Origin: a bacterium
GTDB taxonomy: Bacteria > Patescibacteriota > Minisyncoccia > JAHIHE01
Assembly: GCA_030693205.1 (NCBI GenBank)
Contig: JAUYBG010000011.1
Location: 56,793 to 120,792, forward strand
Reading direction: 5' to 3'
Length of the DNA: 64,000 bases
Below the pieces are notes generated by a model. That model had not been told where the DNA came from and searched no databases. It saw only the letters and a program-made list of their open reading frames with translations. Shown piece after piece: positions 18,813 to 26,436 of the stretch; the stretch's first letter is position 1, and each line of letters begins with the position of its first letter. The position numbers and the translations under genes are program-made.

Positions 18813-18950
18813 AAAGCTTGACTTTTATTACTTCAGTCGTGTCTTTTTGATAAGTATCCTTAGTCGTATTTAATGTCTCCCTACCTCTCTGAGCCGAAAC
18901 TTTCAAAGTTTTCATATCTTCGTCGAGTTTTACGAAAAGTTTTAGCATAA
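18813..18950 (-). pseudogene. truncated paralog (45 codons) of the 91-aa gene at 16064-16339
   Basis: MLKLFVKLDEDMKTLKVSAQRG.. matches MLKLLVKLDKDMKTLEVSAQRG.., then diverges and stops. Sits in the same position relative to a paralogous secreted-protein gene. Confidence 0.4.
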
Positions 18951-18962
18951 AATTATTTTAAA

Positions 18963-19706
18963 TTAATCTTTAAGACAGCGAAGGGAAAAACCATTTGCCT
19001 TGCTAATTAAAGTACGGCTAATATTCCCTCCAGCATCCCCTAAAAATATGTATCGACTCCATGCATTAGATCTATCGTCGATGTATTCATCGGCAGAAGT
19101 CCAATAATTATTGGACATGTTTCGACCATAGAAAAACCCAGCGGATGAACGTTCACCGCAGCCAATACCTTCAAATCCACTAGAACCGCTTAGTCCAAGC
19201 TTTATCCCAGCAGTAGCACAACCACCTGGACCGTTTCTGTCTTTTAAGCAAGTTTCGCCATTATCCTTTAATCCATTTTCTAACACATACCATTCCGAAT
19301 CTTTCGGCACGTGCCAGCCATTCGGACAAATGCCTTGAGCACCGTCTGTGACGGATTTATTCATTGCCGTATTCCAATCATACAATCCGCCGTCCGTTTC
19401 GCAAATTTTAGGATCATTATTATAGCAATAACGAGTAATTGATTTTCCTGCCGGATTTTTCGTAACTTTTAGATTTTCTTTCAACCAGCATTGCTCGCCA
19501 ATCTGCACCGTATTATAAATATTATTATCTATATCGGAAACGGTAGAAGTGCCACAGAAAAAAGAAGCTAAATTTTGTAATAATGGTTTTCTCACCAAAT
19601 ACTCTGCCACACCAATCACGACAATAAACGAAATTAAAATAACCGCGGCTAAAATTAATCTTGACGTGGCTAAATTAGCTGGCTTAGGTTTTTGTTCCGG
19701 AGACAT
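18963..19706 (-). CDS. FISUMP-domain (Fibrobacter succinogenes major paralogous domain) secreted protein
   Basis: YNTVQIGEQCWLKENL....GGLYDW..AM.....ICPNGWHVPKDSEW is the TIGR02145-type signature. N-terminal signal anchor paralogous to 16344-17441. Confidence 0.75.
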   Translation of the reverse strand: MSPEQKPKPANLATSRLILAAVILISFIVVIGVAEYLVRKPLLQNLASFFCGTSTVSDIDNNIYNTVQIGEQCWLKENLKVTKNPAGKSITRYCYNNDPKICETDGGLYDWNTAMNKSVTDGAQGICPNGWHVPKDSEWYVLENGLKDNGETCLKDRNGPGGCATAGIKLGLSGSSGFEGIGCGERSSAGFFYGRNMSNNYWTSADEYIDDRSNAWSRYIFLGDAGGNISRTLISKANGFSLRCLKD

Positions 19707-19717
19707 AAAATTAAAAT

Positions 19718-19963
19718 TTAATAATTATTATAAGTTTTATCCGATCTTTTTTCGATGGCCAAAATAAAACAACGGCCATTATCTTGTTTTTTGAAAATAA
19801 CTCTTAATTTTCCTTTTCTAACGCGAAAAATATTATCGCAGTTTTTCAATTTCTTTAAATCAAGCCCTGATAAAGAATCACTCTTTATTTTTAAAAGAAT
19901 AGTCTTTATCAAACCTCTATCTTTAACCGATAATTTTTCGAGCGCCTTGACAATTTTATCCAT
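19718..19963 (-). CDS. RelE/ParE-family type II toxin (putative)
   Basis: 81 aa; C-terminal IFRVRKGKLRVIFKK..GRCFILAIEKRSDKTY is the RelE/ParE-like strand pattern. 4-nt gap to the upstream small ORF. Confidence 0.6.
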   Translation of the reverse strand: MDKIVKALEKLSVKDRGLIKTILLKIKSDSLSGLDLKKLKNCDNIFRVRKGKLRVIFKKQDNGRCFILAIEKRSDKTYNNY

Positions 19964-19967
19964 AAAA

Positions 19968-20183
19968 TTATAAAGCGGCCAAAAGCGCCTCTATGTCAAC
20001 GCCTTTTTTTTTTATTTTGGTAAAATTAATAACTTCCTCCCATTCATTGTCTTCGTCTATCGGACTTATTCTAAAAATCGGTTTGCTTTGTTTCAAAACG
20101 ATAAAAGATTTTCCAGCTTTTACTTCAGCCGAGTATTTCCCCATATTAAGCCGCAAATCTTTTAAGGCAATTAATTTTTCCAT
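19968..20183 (-). CDS. putative antitoxin (Phd/YefM- or AbrB-like) of the adjacent toxin
   Basis: 71 aa and acidic. Pattern ..KSFIVLKQSKPIFRISPID. Antitoxin-first gene order. Palindromic operator-like repeat over the upstream promoter. Confidence 0.5.
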   Translation of the reverse strand: MEKLIALKDLRLNMGKYSAEVKAGKSFIVLKQSKPIFRISPIDEDNEWEEVINFTKIKKKGVDIEALLAAL

Positions 20184-20194
20184 ATATTTTGATT

Positions 20195-20235
20195 AGTAAA
20201 TAAGATTATCTAAAGTTTAACAAAAGATAATCCCG
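20195..20235 (-). promoter_or_regulatory. toxin-antitoxin promoter (TTGACA-N17-TAAACT, minus strand) overlapped by the inverted repeat AGATTATC-N15-GATAATCT
   Basis: Typical autoregulatory operator geometry for a type II toxin-antitoxin pair. Confidence 0.45.
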
Positions 20236-20345
20236 ATGTCAAGCAGGCATACTTATTCGCACTATGTCAATATTTCCAAAAAAATGTTAAAATACATTTA
20301 CTGACTAAGTTGATTTTACTCTAAATCATTAAATGCTTCAAATAT

Positions 20346-20780
20346 ATGCTAGGTCTATATTTCATCATTCCTCTTTTCGCGGTCATCAGCGCGCAAATAA
20401 TCAAGGTTGTCATAATGAGCCTAAAAACTGGCAAATTTGAGCCTTCTTATTTTCTCAAGCACGGACGCATGCCTTCCGCGCACACCGCACTAGTTGCATC
20501 TTTGGCAACTGTCGCCTTTTATTATGAAGGCTTGCATTCTATGGCTTTTGCTATCAGCATTACAGTAGCGTTTATCGTAATAGACGACGCGATTCGCTTC
20601 CGCTTTTACTTGGGGGAACAAGCCAAAACCGTCAATCGCCTGATTAAAGAAATTCTTCCGCCGGAAAAATCAGCCCAATATCACCGCCTTCATGAAACTC
20701 TGGGCCATTATCCCAACGAAGCACTGGCTGGCGCGATCTATGGAGTTGGCATATCGTTATTACTTTTAAAAATTTTATAA
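20346..20780 (+). CDS. divergent PAP2-like membrane protein (DUF212 / acid phosphatase-vanadium haloperoxidase related)
   Basis: The GRMPSAHTA motif matches the G.MPSSHSA of DUF212. Multi-TM. Confidence 0.7.
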   Translation: MLGLYFIIPLFAVISAQIIKVVIMSLKTGKFEPSYFLKHGRMPSAHTALVASLATVAFYYEGLHSMAFAISITVAFIVIDDAIRFRFYLGEQAKTVNRLIKEILPPEKSAQYHRLHETLGHYPNEALAGAIYGVGISLLLLKIL

Positions 20781-20784
20781 AAGA

Positions 20785-21552
20785 TCAAAAATAATGCGTT
20801 TCGCCATTTTTTAAGATCAATACTTTTTTTTCAAAGGGAGTTCCTTTGATTTTTTCTTTTAAAACTTCCGCTGACTCGTTTGGCGTATCCAAAGACATCA
20901 TAAAAGATCCCCAATGGATCGGGATCATTTTTTCCGCTCCGATGATTTCCATAGCGCGAAGCGCTTCTTCCGGATCAGTATGAATATTTTTCAAAATCCA
21001 TCGGGGATAATACGCGCCAATTGGCATAAGAAGAATGCCAATTTTAAATTTTTCGGCAATTTGGGAAAAAATATCTTTATCAAAAGCCGTATCGCCGGCA
21101 AAATAAATATTTGCTTCGCTTGTTTCTATGACAAAACCTCCGGCTTTTCCTTTTGGATTCAAAAGCAAAGTGCGCTTATGCTTTGCTGGCACAAAAGTTA
21201 ATTTTATTTTTTTATCAAAAAGATCTCTCTCCTGCCAATATTCAAAACCGATGATTTTTTTAAATTTATGTTCTTCCAAATGATTTTTACTCTCATTATG
21301 GATCGCTATGGGAATTTTTTTCGAGATTTTTTTAAGGGTTGGGTTGTTGAGGTGGTCTCGGTGCGAATGAGAGATCAAAATAATATCCGCTTGATTCAGG
21401 TCATCAATGTTTGTATCCAGCCTTTTCAGCCGGGGCATTCCGAACACAAATCTTGCTAAATTCGGATCAGTAAGTATTTTAACGCCGCAAACATCGATCA
21501 GCACGGTCGAATGGCCGATAAATTTTATGGAATTTTGCATAATAATTTTCAT
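20785..21552 (-). CDS. MBL-fold metallo-hydrolase
   Basis: HSHRDH (HxHxDH) motif; downstream His/Asp ligands. Start overlaps the ruvA stop by 4 nt. Confidence 0.8.
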   Translation of the reverse strand: MKIIMQNSIKFIGHSTVLIDVCGVKILTDPNLARFVFGMPRLKRLDTNIDDLNQADIILISHSHRDHLNNPTLKKISKKIPIAIHNESKNHLEEHKFKKIIGFEYWQERDLFDKKIKLTFVPAKHKRTLLLNPKGKAGGFVIETSEANIYFAGDTAFDKDIFSQIAEKFKIGILLMPIGAYYPRWILKNIHTDPEEALRAMEIIGAEKMIPIHWGSFMMSLDTPNESAEVLKEKIKGTPFEKKVLILKNGETHYF

Positions 21553-22121
21553 TTTTTCTTCCCCAGACTTTTGAGCGCCAGGCGAACTTTTTCCGCCGGA
21601 TCAATCACTGTATCCGGCACTTTTTCCAACGCCCCGAAAGCCTGTGCGCGGCTATAGCCCAAACTCATCAGAGCTTCCAGGGCATCGGACATTCCTTCCG
21701 TCTCGCGCGTCGCTTCTCCAAAAACTTTTACTTTGGAAGATAGTTCCAGGATCACCCTTTCAGCGGTTTTCTTGCCTACGCCGGAAACTTTTGTTAAAAG
21801 CGAAATATCGCTCCTCGCGATAGCGGATTTGATCGAATCGACTGTCGCCATATTCAAAATTCCCATGGCTGATTTCGGGCCAATGCCAGTAACAGAAAAT
21901 AGGAGTTCGAACATCTGCTGATCCTGGCGATTAATAAAACCGTAAAGCCGCGCGTCATCTTCGCGAACATAATGATAAGTGAAAAATTCTACCGTATCGC
22001 CGATATTCAAGCTCGCCACATCCCGCTCGATCGTAAAAATTTTATAACCGATATCATTGGCTACCACTATCACAAAATTCTCTTCCTTGACTTTGATTGT
22101 ACCTTTTATATAAGAGATCAT
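21549..22121 (-). CDS. ruvA: Holliday junction branch-migration complex subunit RuvA
   Basis: 190 aa. OB-fold N-terminus, HhH motifs (GIGPKSA.., GVGKKTAERVILEL) and a C-terminal RuvB-interaction domain. Confidence 0.9.
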   Translation of the reverse strand: MISYIKGTIKVKEENFVIVVANDIGYKIFTIERDVASLNIGDTVEFFTYHYVREDDARLYGFINRQDQQMFELLFSVTGIGPKSAMGILNMATVDSIKSAIARSDISLLTKVSGVGKKTAERVILELSSKVKVFGEATRETEGMSDALEALMSLGYSRAQAFGALEKVPDTVIDPAEKVRLALKSLGKKK

Positions 22122-22299
22122 GGAGCTGATTTACGATTTAAAATTTAAGAATAAAAAATTAATTATTCATAAATCATACTTCATATATCTTAAATCCATT
22201 CTACGTCTATTCTAACTCCTCTTGACCAATTTCGCAACTTATGGTACATTTTCTCTATCGTTATAAATAAACAGCTTACTTAATAAATATCGAATTTCC

Positions 22300-22356
22300 G
22301 GTTTTAAAATTGAATCATTGAAAATTGATTGAAAATTGAAAATTGGAAATTGAAAA
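22300..22356 (+). repeat. tandem TTGAAAAT octamer array (~6 copies) ending 10 nt before the rpsT start codon
   Basis: aaattgaatcattgaaaattgattgaaaattgaaaattggaaattgaaaatt. Confidence 0.65.
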
Positions 22357-22366
22357 TTAACACCCC

Positions 22367-22651
22367 ATGCCAATCATTAAATCAGCAAAAAAAGCTTTAA
22401 GGCAAAACATTGCCAGACGCGAGCGAAACGCGAAAGTGAAAGAAAATGTCCGGGCTTTGGCAAAAAAACTTACCAAGATTGTTGCCGCTAAAAACGCCGA
22501 AGAGATCAAAAAAACTTTGATCTTAGCCATTAAAGCTATTGATAAAGCCGCCAAAAATCATATTATCCCGAAAAACACCGCTTCCAGAAAGAAATCACTC
22601 TTAGCCAAGCTTGCAAATGCAGGAATGAAAGAACCAACCAAAAAATCCTAA
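22367..22651 (+). CDS. rpsT: 30S ribosomal protein S20
   Basis: MPIIKSAKKALRQNIARRERNAKVKENVRALAKK.. is a classic S20 N-terminus. Confidence 0.9.
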   Translation: MPIIKSAKKALRQNIARRERNAKVKENVRALAKKLTKIVAAKNAEEIKKTLILAIKAIDKAAKNHIIPKNTASRKKSLLAKLANAGMKEPTKKS

Positions 22652-23679
22652 GATAAATTTCCGATTTCAATGATCAGCAATTCTAAGGCCGCCTCAGCGT
22701 TGAGGCGTCCTTTTTTGATCAAAAAATCAAACTTAAAAAATCTTTTATATAATTTGCGCAAATATTCGTAGCTGAATCCGTTCGCCTGCGCAATCGTTTT
22801 ACTTACGACAAAAGGGTGCAGTTTGGTTTCCTCGGCTATCACTCCGGAATTAGCGGTTTTTTTCCGCGTCATCGCGTCTTTCACTTTCAAAAGATTCCGG
22901 AATTGATAAACAAACATCGTAAATAAATAGATCGGCGCTTCGCCTTTTTCCAAATGCCCGGCCAAAAGCTTCAAGGCTGTTTTTTTATCGCGGCGCGCTA
23001 AAGCATCAATGGTCGAAAAAATATTGCTGGGCAAATCGCTTTTTACCAGATCCTCGACATCTTGTTCGTTAATTTCTGCATAGTCTTCATATTTTTTCTC
23101 CTTGCTAAAATCCATTTTCAATAAAACTAATTTTTCAATTTCTGCATTGAGCCGCCACAGATCGCCGCCGACAAAAAGCGCTAACTTATTTACTGCTTGC
23201 GGCGTTATTTTAATTTTTTCTTTCGCAATCTTAGCACCAATCCATTTATTGATCTCAGCTGGCGCCATCGGCGCAAAATTAAACACATTGCCTTTTTTCG
23301 CCAAAGCGCTCCATTCTTTTCCGCCGGCCGCGCCTTTCTTGCCGATTTCCAGCCTTTCAAAAAATACAAAATCCACTTTAAAACCCTGTGGTGAGCTTGT
23401 CGAACCATTTTTCTTATCCATCTCGATAACATAATCCGGGATTTCTTCTTTTGTTTTAATGTCTCCTTCACTGAACAGGTTTTTTATTATTATCATTCTG
23501 GCCGGAGAAAAAAAACCCAGCGACTGGCTCGCGGCCTTGATATTGTTCGCGTTCATATTTTCCACATCAAAAACCTCCAAATTCATCCGGCCTTTATCTT
23601 TCGCTCCAAATTCGGCGATCAATTCCTTTAATTTTTCGTGAGCGCGGAATGAATCCACGCCATGGATCAGATAGATCAT
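22648..23679 (-). CDS. holA: DNA polymerase III subunit delta
   Basis: 343 aa. N-terminus MIYLIHGVDSFRAHEKLKELI and overall delta-subunit features. Confidence 0.75.
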   Translation of the reverse strand: MIYLIHGVDSFRAHEKLKELIAEFGAKDKGRMNLEVFDVENMNANNIKAASQSLGFFSPARMIIIKNLFSEGDIKTKEEIPDYVIEMDKKNGSTSSPQGFKVDFVFFERLEIGKKGAAGGKEWSALAKKGNVFNFAPMAPAEINKWIGAKIAKEKIKITPQAVNKLALFVGGDLWRLNAEIEKLVLLKMDFSKEKKYEDYAEINEQDVEDLVKSDLPSNIFSTIDALARRDKKTALKLLAGHLEKGEAPIYLFTMFVYQFRNLLKVKDAMTRKKTANSGVIAEETKLHPFVVSKTIAQANGFSYEYLRKLYKRFFKFDFLIKKGRLNAEAALELLIIEIGNLS

Positions 23680-23696
23680 ATCTTTATTTATAAATA

Positions 23697-25055
23697 CTAC
23701 CTCCCGCTTTTCTTTTTTGCAAGCTCCTTGATCATATCATAAGTATCGAATTCAGGCGCCAAAGAATCATAATTCCGGTATTTGCCGAAAGCAAGTATTT
23801 TCGCGCTCGGCCCCATATAACCGCCATGCGCAGGATAAATAAAGTTAACACCAACTTCCGCAAAAGATTCATCAAGATCTTGCAACAAAGTGCTTTGCTG
23901 TTTTTTATTCAACTTCTGGCTAAAATTAACCATCGGGGATTGATCTGTACTCCAGTCAATAAAAGCAAAGACTGGGGTATTGCCGTATAAATTTCGCGTA
24001 TTTGTTATTTTTTCATAAATTTCACTGAGTTTTTTGTCAAAAATTTCGTTATCGACAGGCGTAATAGTTATAAAATCAATATTTTGAGGAATATTTTTAA
24101 TTCCTTCAATAAATTTAAGCGGTATGCCCCATGAGCCGACATAAATATATTTGCCTTTTGATTCGCCATATTTATGTATCTCGTCAATAATTTTTTCCGA
24201 TGCATTATATAGATCTTTAAGCATCGGGTGTTTATTATCATTTGTAAGTGGATAAAAAAATAAGGTTTGGGGCAGTCCATCTATCCAGATAGCATTTGCT
24301 CCCGCGTCAATTTGCCTGTAAGCCCAGCTTAAAAGAATCTCCTGATATTCCTGATTCGTAATATCGGGAAAATACGCTTCAACCTTATTCGGGTCATACT
24401 GTCCTGCTCCTCCCCAACCGTGCCACTCGGCAAATTGAGCCTGAAATTCTTCTTTTGTAAATAACTTGCCGTTTTTTTGTATATTCCATTTTCCAGGATC
24501 AAGAGCCATTGCCCATGTTTCTTCGGTTGTATAAATTTTGCCGGTAATATCATTCTTATCAATTCGATTAATACGTTGGGCGGGAATTGCGCCGACGAAT
24601 ATGATTTCTGGATTTTCTTTTTTAATCAAAGCTATTCTTTTTTCAAGTTCCATGTAATTATATCCGCTTTTCTCAACAAGAAACGAGAGTTCGTTCGGCT
24701 TTATTTTTACCTGCTCGGCATAAAATGCAGCAAGCTCCGGATATATATCTCGCGGTGAATCAAAAGCCGGATACCATCTCCAAAATCCGCGGAATATCAT
24801 ATCCGCATTAGTTTCTTTTAAAATTTTAATAACCTCATTCGTATTTCTCTCTAAACCAACAGGAAGACCATCGGTTATGTTTTCATAAAGAACCGCGGCT
24901 TTGACTTTGCCTAAATCGTTCTTTGAGTTAGTCCACTCGCTGCTTAGCGTGTTGTTTATTTGATCCGAAGTTTTAAACGGAATGCGTCGAATTATCAAAA
25001 CAGCGATAATTGCAATAAAAAATACTGCCACAAAAATTAGAATTTTTTTGTTCAT
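23697..25055 (-). CDS. signal-anchored hypothetical protein (possible glycoside-hydrolase-like TIM barrel)
   Basis: Start set at MNKKILIFVAVFFIAIIAVLII (the ORF-track start lies further upstream and overlaps the next gene). Aromatic-rich catalytic-like region; family not recognised. Confidence 0.5.
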   Translation of the reverse strand: MNKKILIFVAVFFIAIIAVLIIRRIPFKTSDQINNTLSSEWTNSKNDLGKVKAAVLYENITDGLPVGLERNTNEVIKILKETNADMIFRGFWRWYPAFDSPRDIYPELAAFYAEQVKIKPNELSFLVEKSGYNYMELEKRIALIKKENPEIIFVGAIPAQRINRIDKNDITGKIYTTEETWAMALDPGKWNIQKNGKLFTKEEFQAQFAEWHGWGGAGQYDPNKVEAYFPDITNQEYQEILLSWAYRQIDAGANAIWIDGLPQTLFFYPLTNDNKHPMLKDLYNASEKIIDEIHKYGESKGKYIYVGSWGIPLKFIEGIKNIPQNIDFITITPVDNEIFDKKLSEIYEKITNTRNLYGNTPVFAFIDWSTDQSPMVNFSQKLNKKQQSTLLQDLDESFAEVGVNFIYPAHGGYMGPSAKILAFGKYRNYDSLAPEFDTYDMIKELAKKKSGR

Positions 25056-25069
25056 AAAAAGATTGTCCT

Positions 25070-26194
25070 TTAATTGTTTACTTTCCACTCCGTCTTCTGA
25101 TCCGTCTGCATAATTTCCACCCAAATATTCCCGAGTGCGAATTTTATTTCCGTGCCAAAATTATCCAAATAATAAAATTTTGCCGAAGATGGATTTTTCT
25201 GCCAAATGCCTTCAGTTTTTCCGCCGTTCACATAAAATTCCGCCCTGCCTTTGCCTTCCAGGGCGACATCGTTGTAATCGCCTTCGATTTGTTTGGATAC
25301 TGCGAACATTACGATAACGTTTTTTGCTGTCACTTGTTTTTTATTATTCCTGTCGATCTCTTTTTTCCCTCCCCGGCTTCTTTGATAGGAATTTGTCGCG
25401 GCATCATATTTATACTCTACCCGAAATTCTCCCGGATAGCCAATTTTCAACGTGCCATCAACAGCATCTTTACATTTAATAGATTGATTGCTTTCTTTTT
25501 CGCATTCCACACGGGAAAACCCTTTGAATTTATTCTCTACTCTGTAACCCAGTTTTTTAGCAGATTCAAGCAGTTTTTCGCCATTAGTAAAACCGTTATG
25601 CGGAGCCGGCAAATTATTTTTACGGTAAAAAACACTGTAAGGATTAACTAGGGCATCGAGTTCGTCTATCGTACCTATTTTTAAATTATCCAGCGCAAAA
25701 TGCGATCCGCCCCAATGCGCGTAAATCGCATCAATACTATTGGCCAGATCGATAAAATCATGGCGCGCGCTTCTGATACTCCCGATCTCTTTCGGAAGCG
25801 TACAGCCGAAAACCGCCATCAAGCGCGTAATACTATCGGTGATCACTGGCATTTCAAAAACAATATCCGCTTCGCTGATCCCCGAAAGCGGACGCGTGAT
25901 CGCATCAGTGGCTAACATTACGGCGATGGATCTCCTTGTACTATCTTTGCAAGATTCTTGCCCGTAAGGAGTAACCGCTTCATCGCTAAACTCATCAGCG
26001 TTTTCCTTTTTAACCTCTTCGTCTTTTATAACAACTGAGAGCTCGGGGTTGGAAATTACCGTATCTTTTTTATCATTGGTAATTTCATAATTATGTTTGC
26101 TAAAAAACCCGCTATTGCCGAGATAAGCGAAAACTAAAAATAACACCAACACTAAAATAATTTTTATTTTATGTTTTTTAAATAAATTTTTCAT
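25070..26194 (-). CDS. DUF3048-family lipoprotein/secreted protein (YerB-like)
   Basis: SIAVMLATDAITRPLSGISEADIVFEMPVITDSITRLMAVF...SIRSARHDF matches the DUF3048 core. Confidence 0.7.
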   Translation of the reverse strand: MKNLFKKHKIKIILVLVLFLVFAYLGNSGFFSKHNYEITNDKKDTVISNPELSVVIKDEEVKKENADEFSDEAVTPYGQESCKDSTRRSIAVMLATDAITRPLSGISEADIVFEMPVITDSITRLMAVFGCTLPKEIGSIRSARHDFIDLANSIDAIYAHWGGSHFALDNLKIGTIDELDALVNPYSVFYRKNNLPAPHNGFTNGEKLLESAKKLGYRVENKFKGFSRVECEKESNQSIKCKDAVDGTLKIGYPGEFRVEYKYDAATNSYQRSRGGKKEIDRNNKKQVTAKNVIVMFAVSKQIEGDYNDVALEGKGRAEFYVNGGKTEGIWQKNPSSAKFYYLDNFGTEIKFALGNIWVEIMQTDQKTEWKVNN

Positions 26195-26226
26195 AAATTA
26201 GCTTATAAATCAAAAAATTCTCCGCC

Positions 26227-26396
26227 TTCCGCGACAATTTTATTTTTATTAAAAGCACATTTTGGAGTTTTGGCAAAACAAGATTATATGCTAAAGACCG
26301 AAAACGACAAAATCTGAGCGAAGCATTTAAATATCAATGAATAACTCCTATGTATCTGCTGAGCGTCTTTTAATTAAAAATAAAATTGTCGCGGAA
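26227..26396. repeat. 29/30-bp near-perfect inverted repeat (TTCCGCGACAATTTTATTTTTATTAAAAG ... reverse complement with 1-nt indel) separated by ~111 bp; MITE-like or cruciform element
   Basis: Located in the polA 3' / DUF3048 5' intergenic region. Confidence 0.7.
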
Positions 26397-26436
26397 ATAG
26401 CTTAATAAAATAACTTTTAACTTTTCATTTTTAATT

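Noticed and set aside
22300-22356. Possible CRISPR array suggested by regularly spaced short repeats (also 1945-2060 and 38778-38810)
   Set aside because: Repeat units are only 8-9 nt with no unique spacers of 25-40 nt between them, and no cas genes are nearby. They are simple tandem octamers, not CRISPR.
22357-22554. Minus-strand ORF 22357-22554 (65 aa)
   Set aside because: It lies entirely antisense to the well-conserved rpsT gene.
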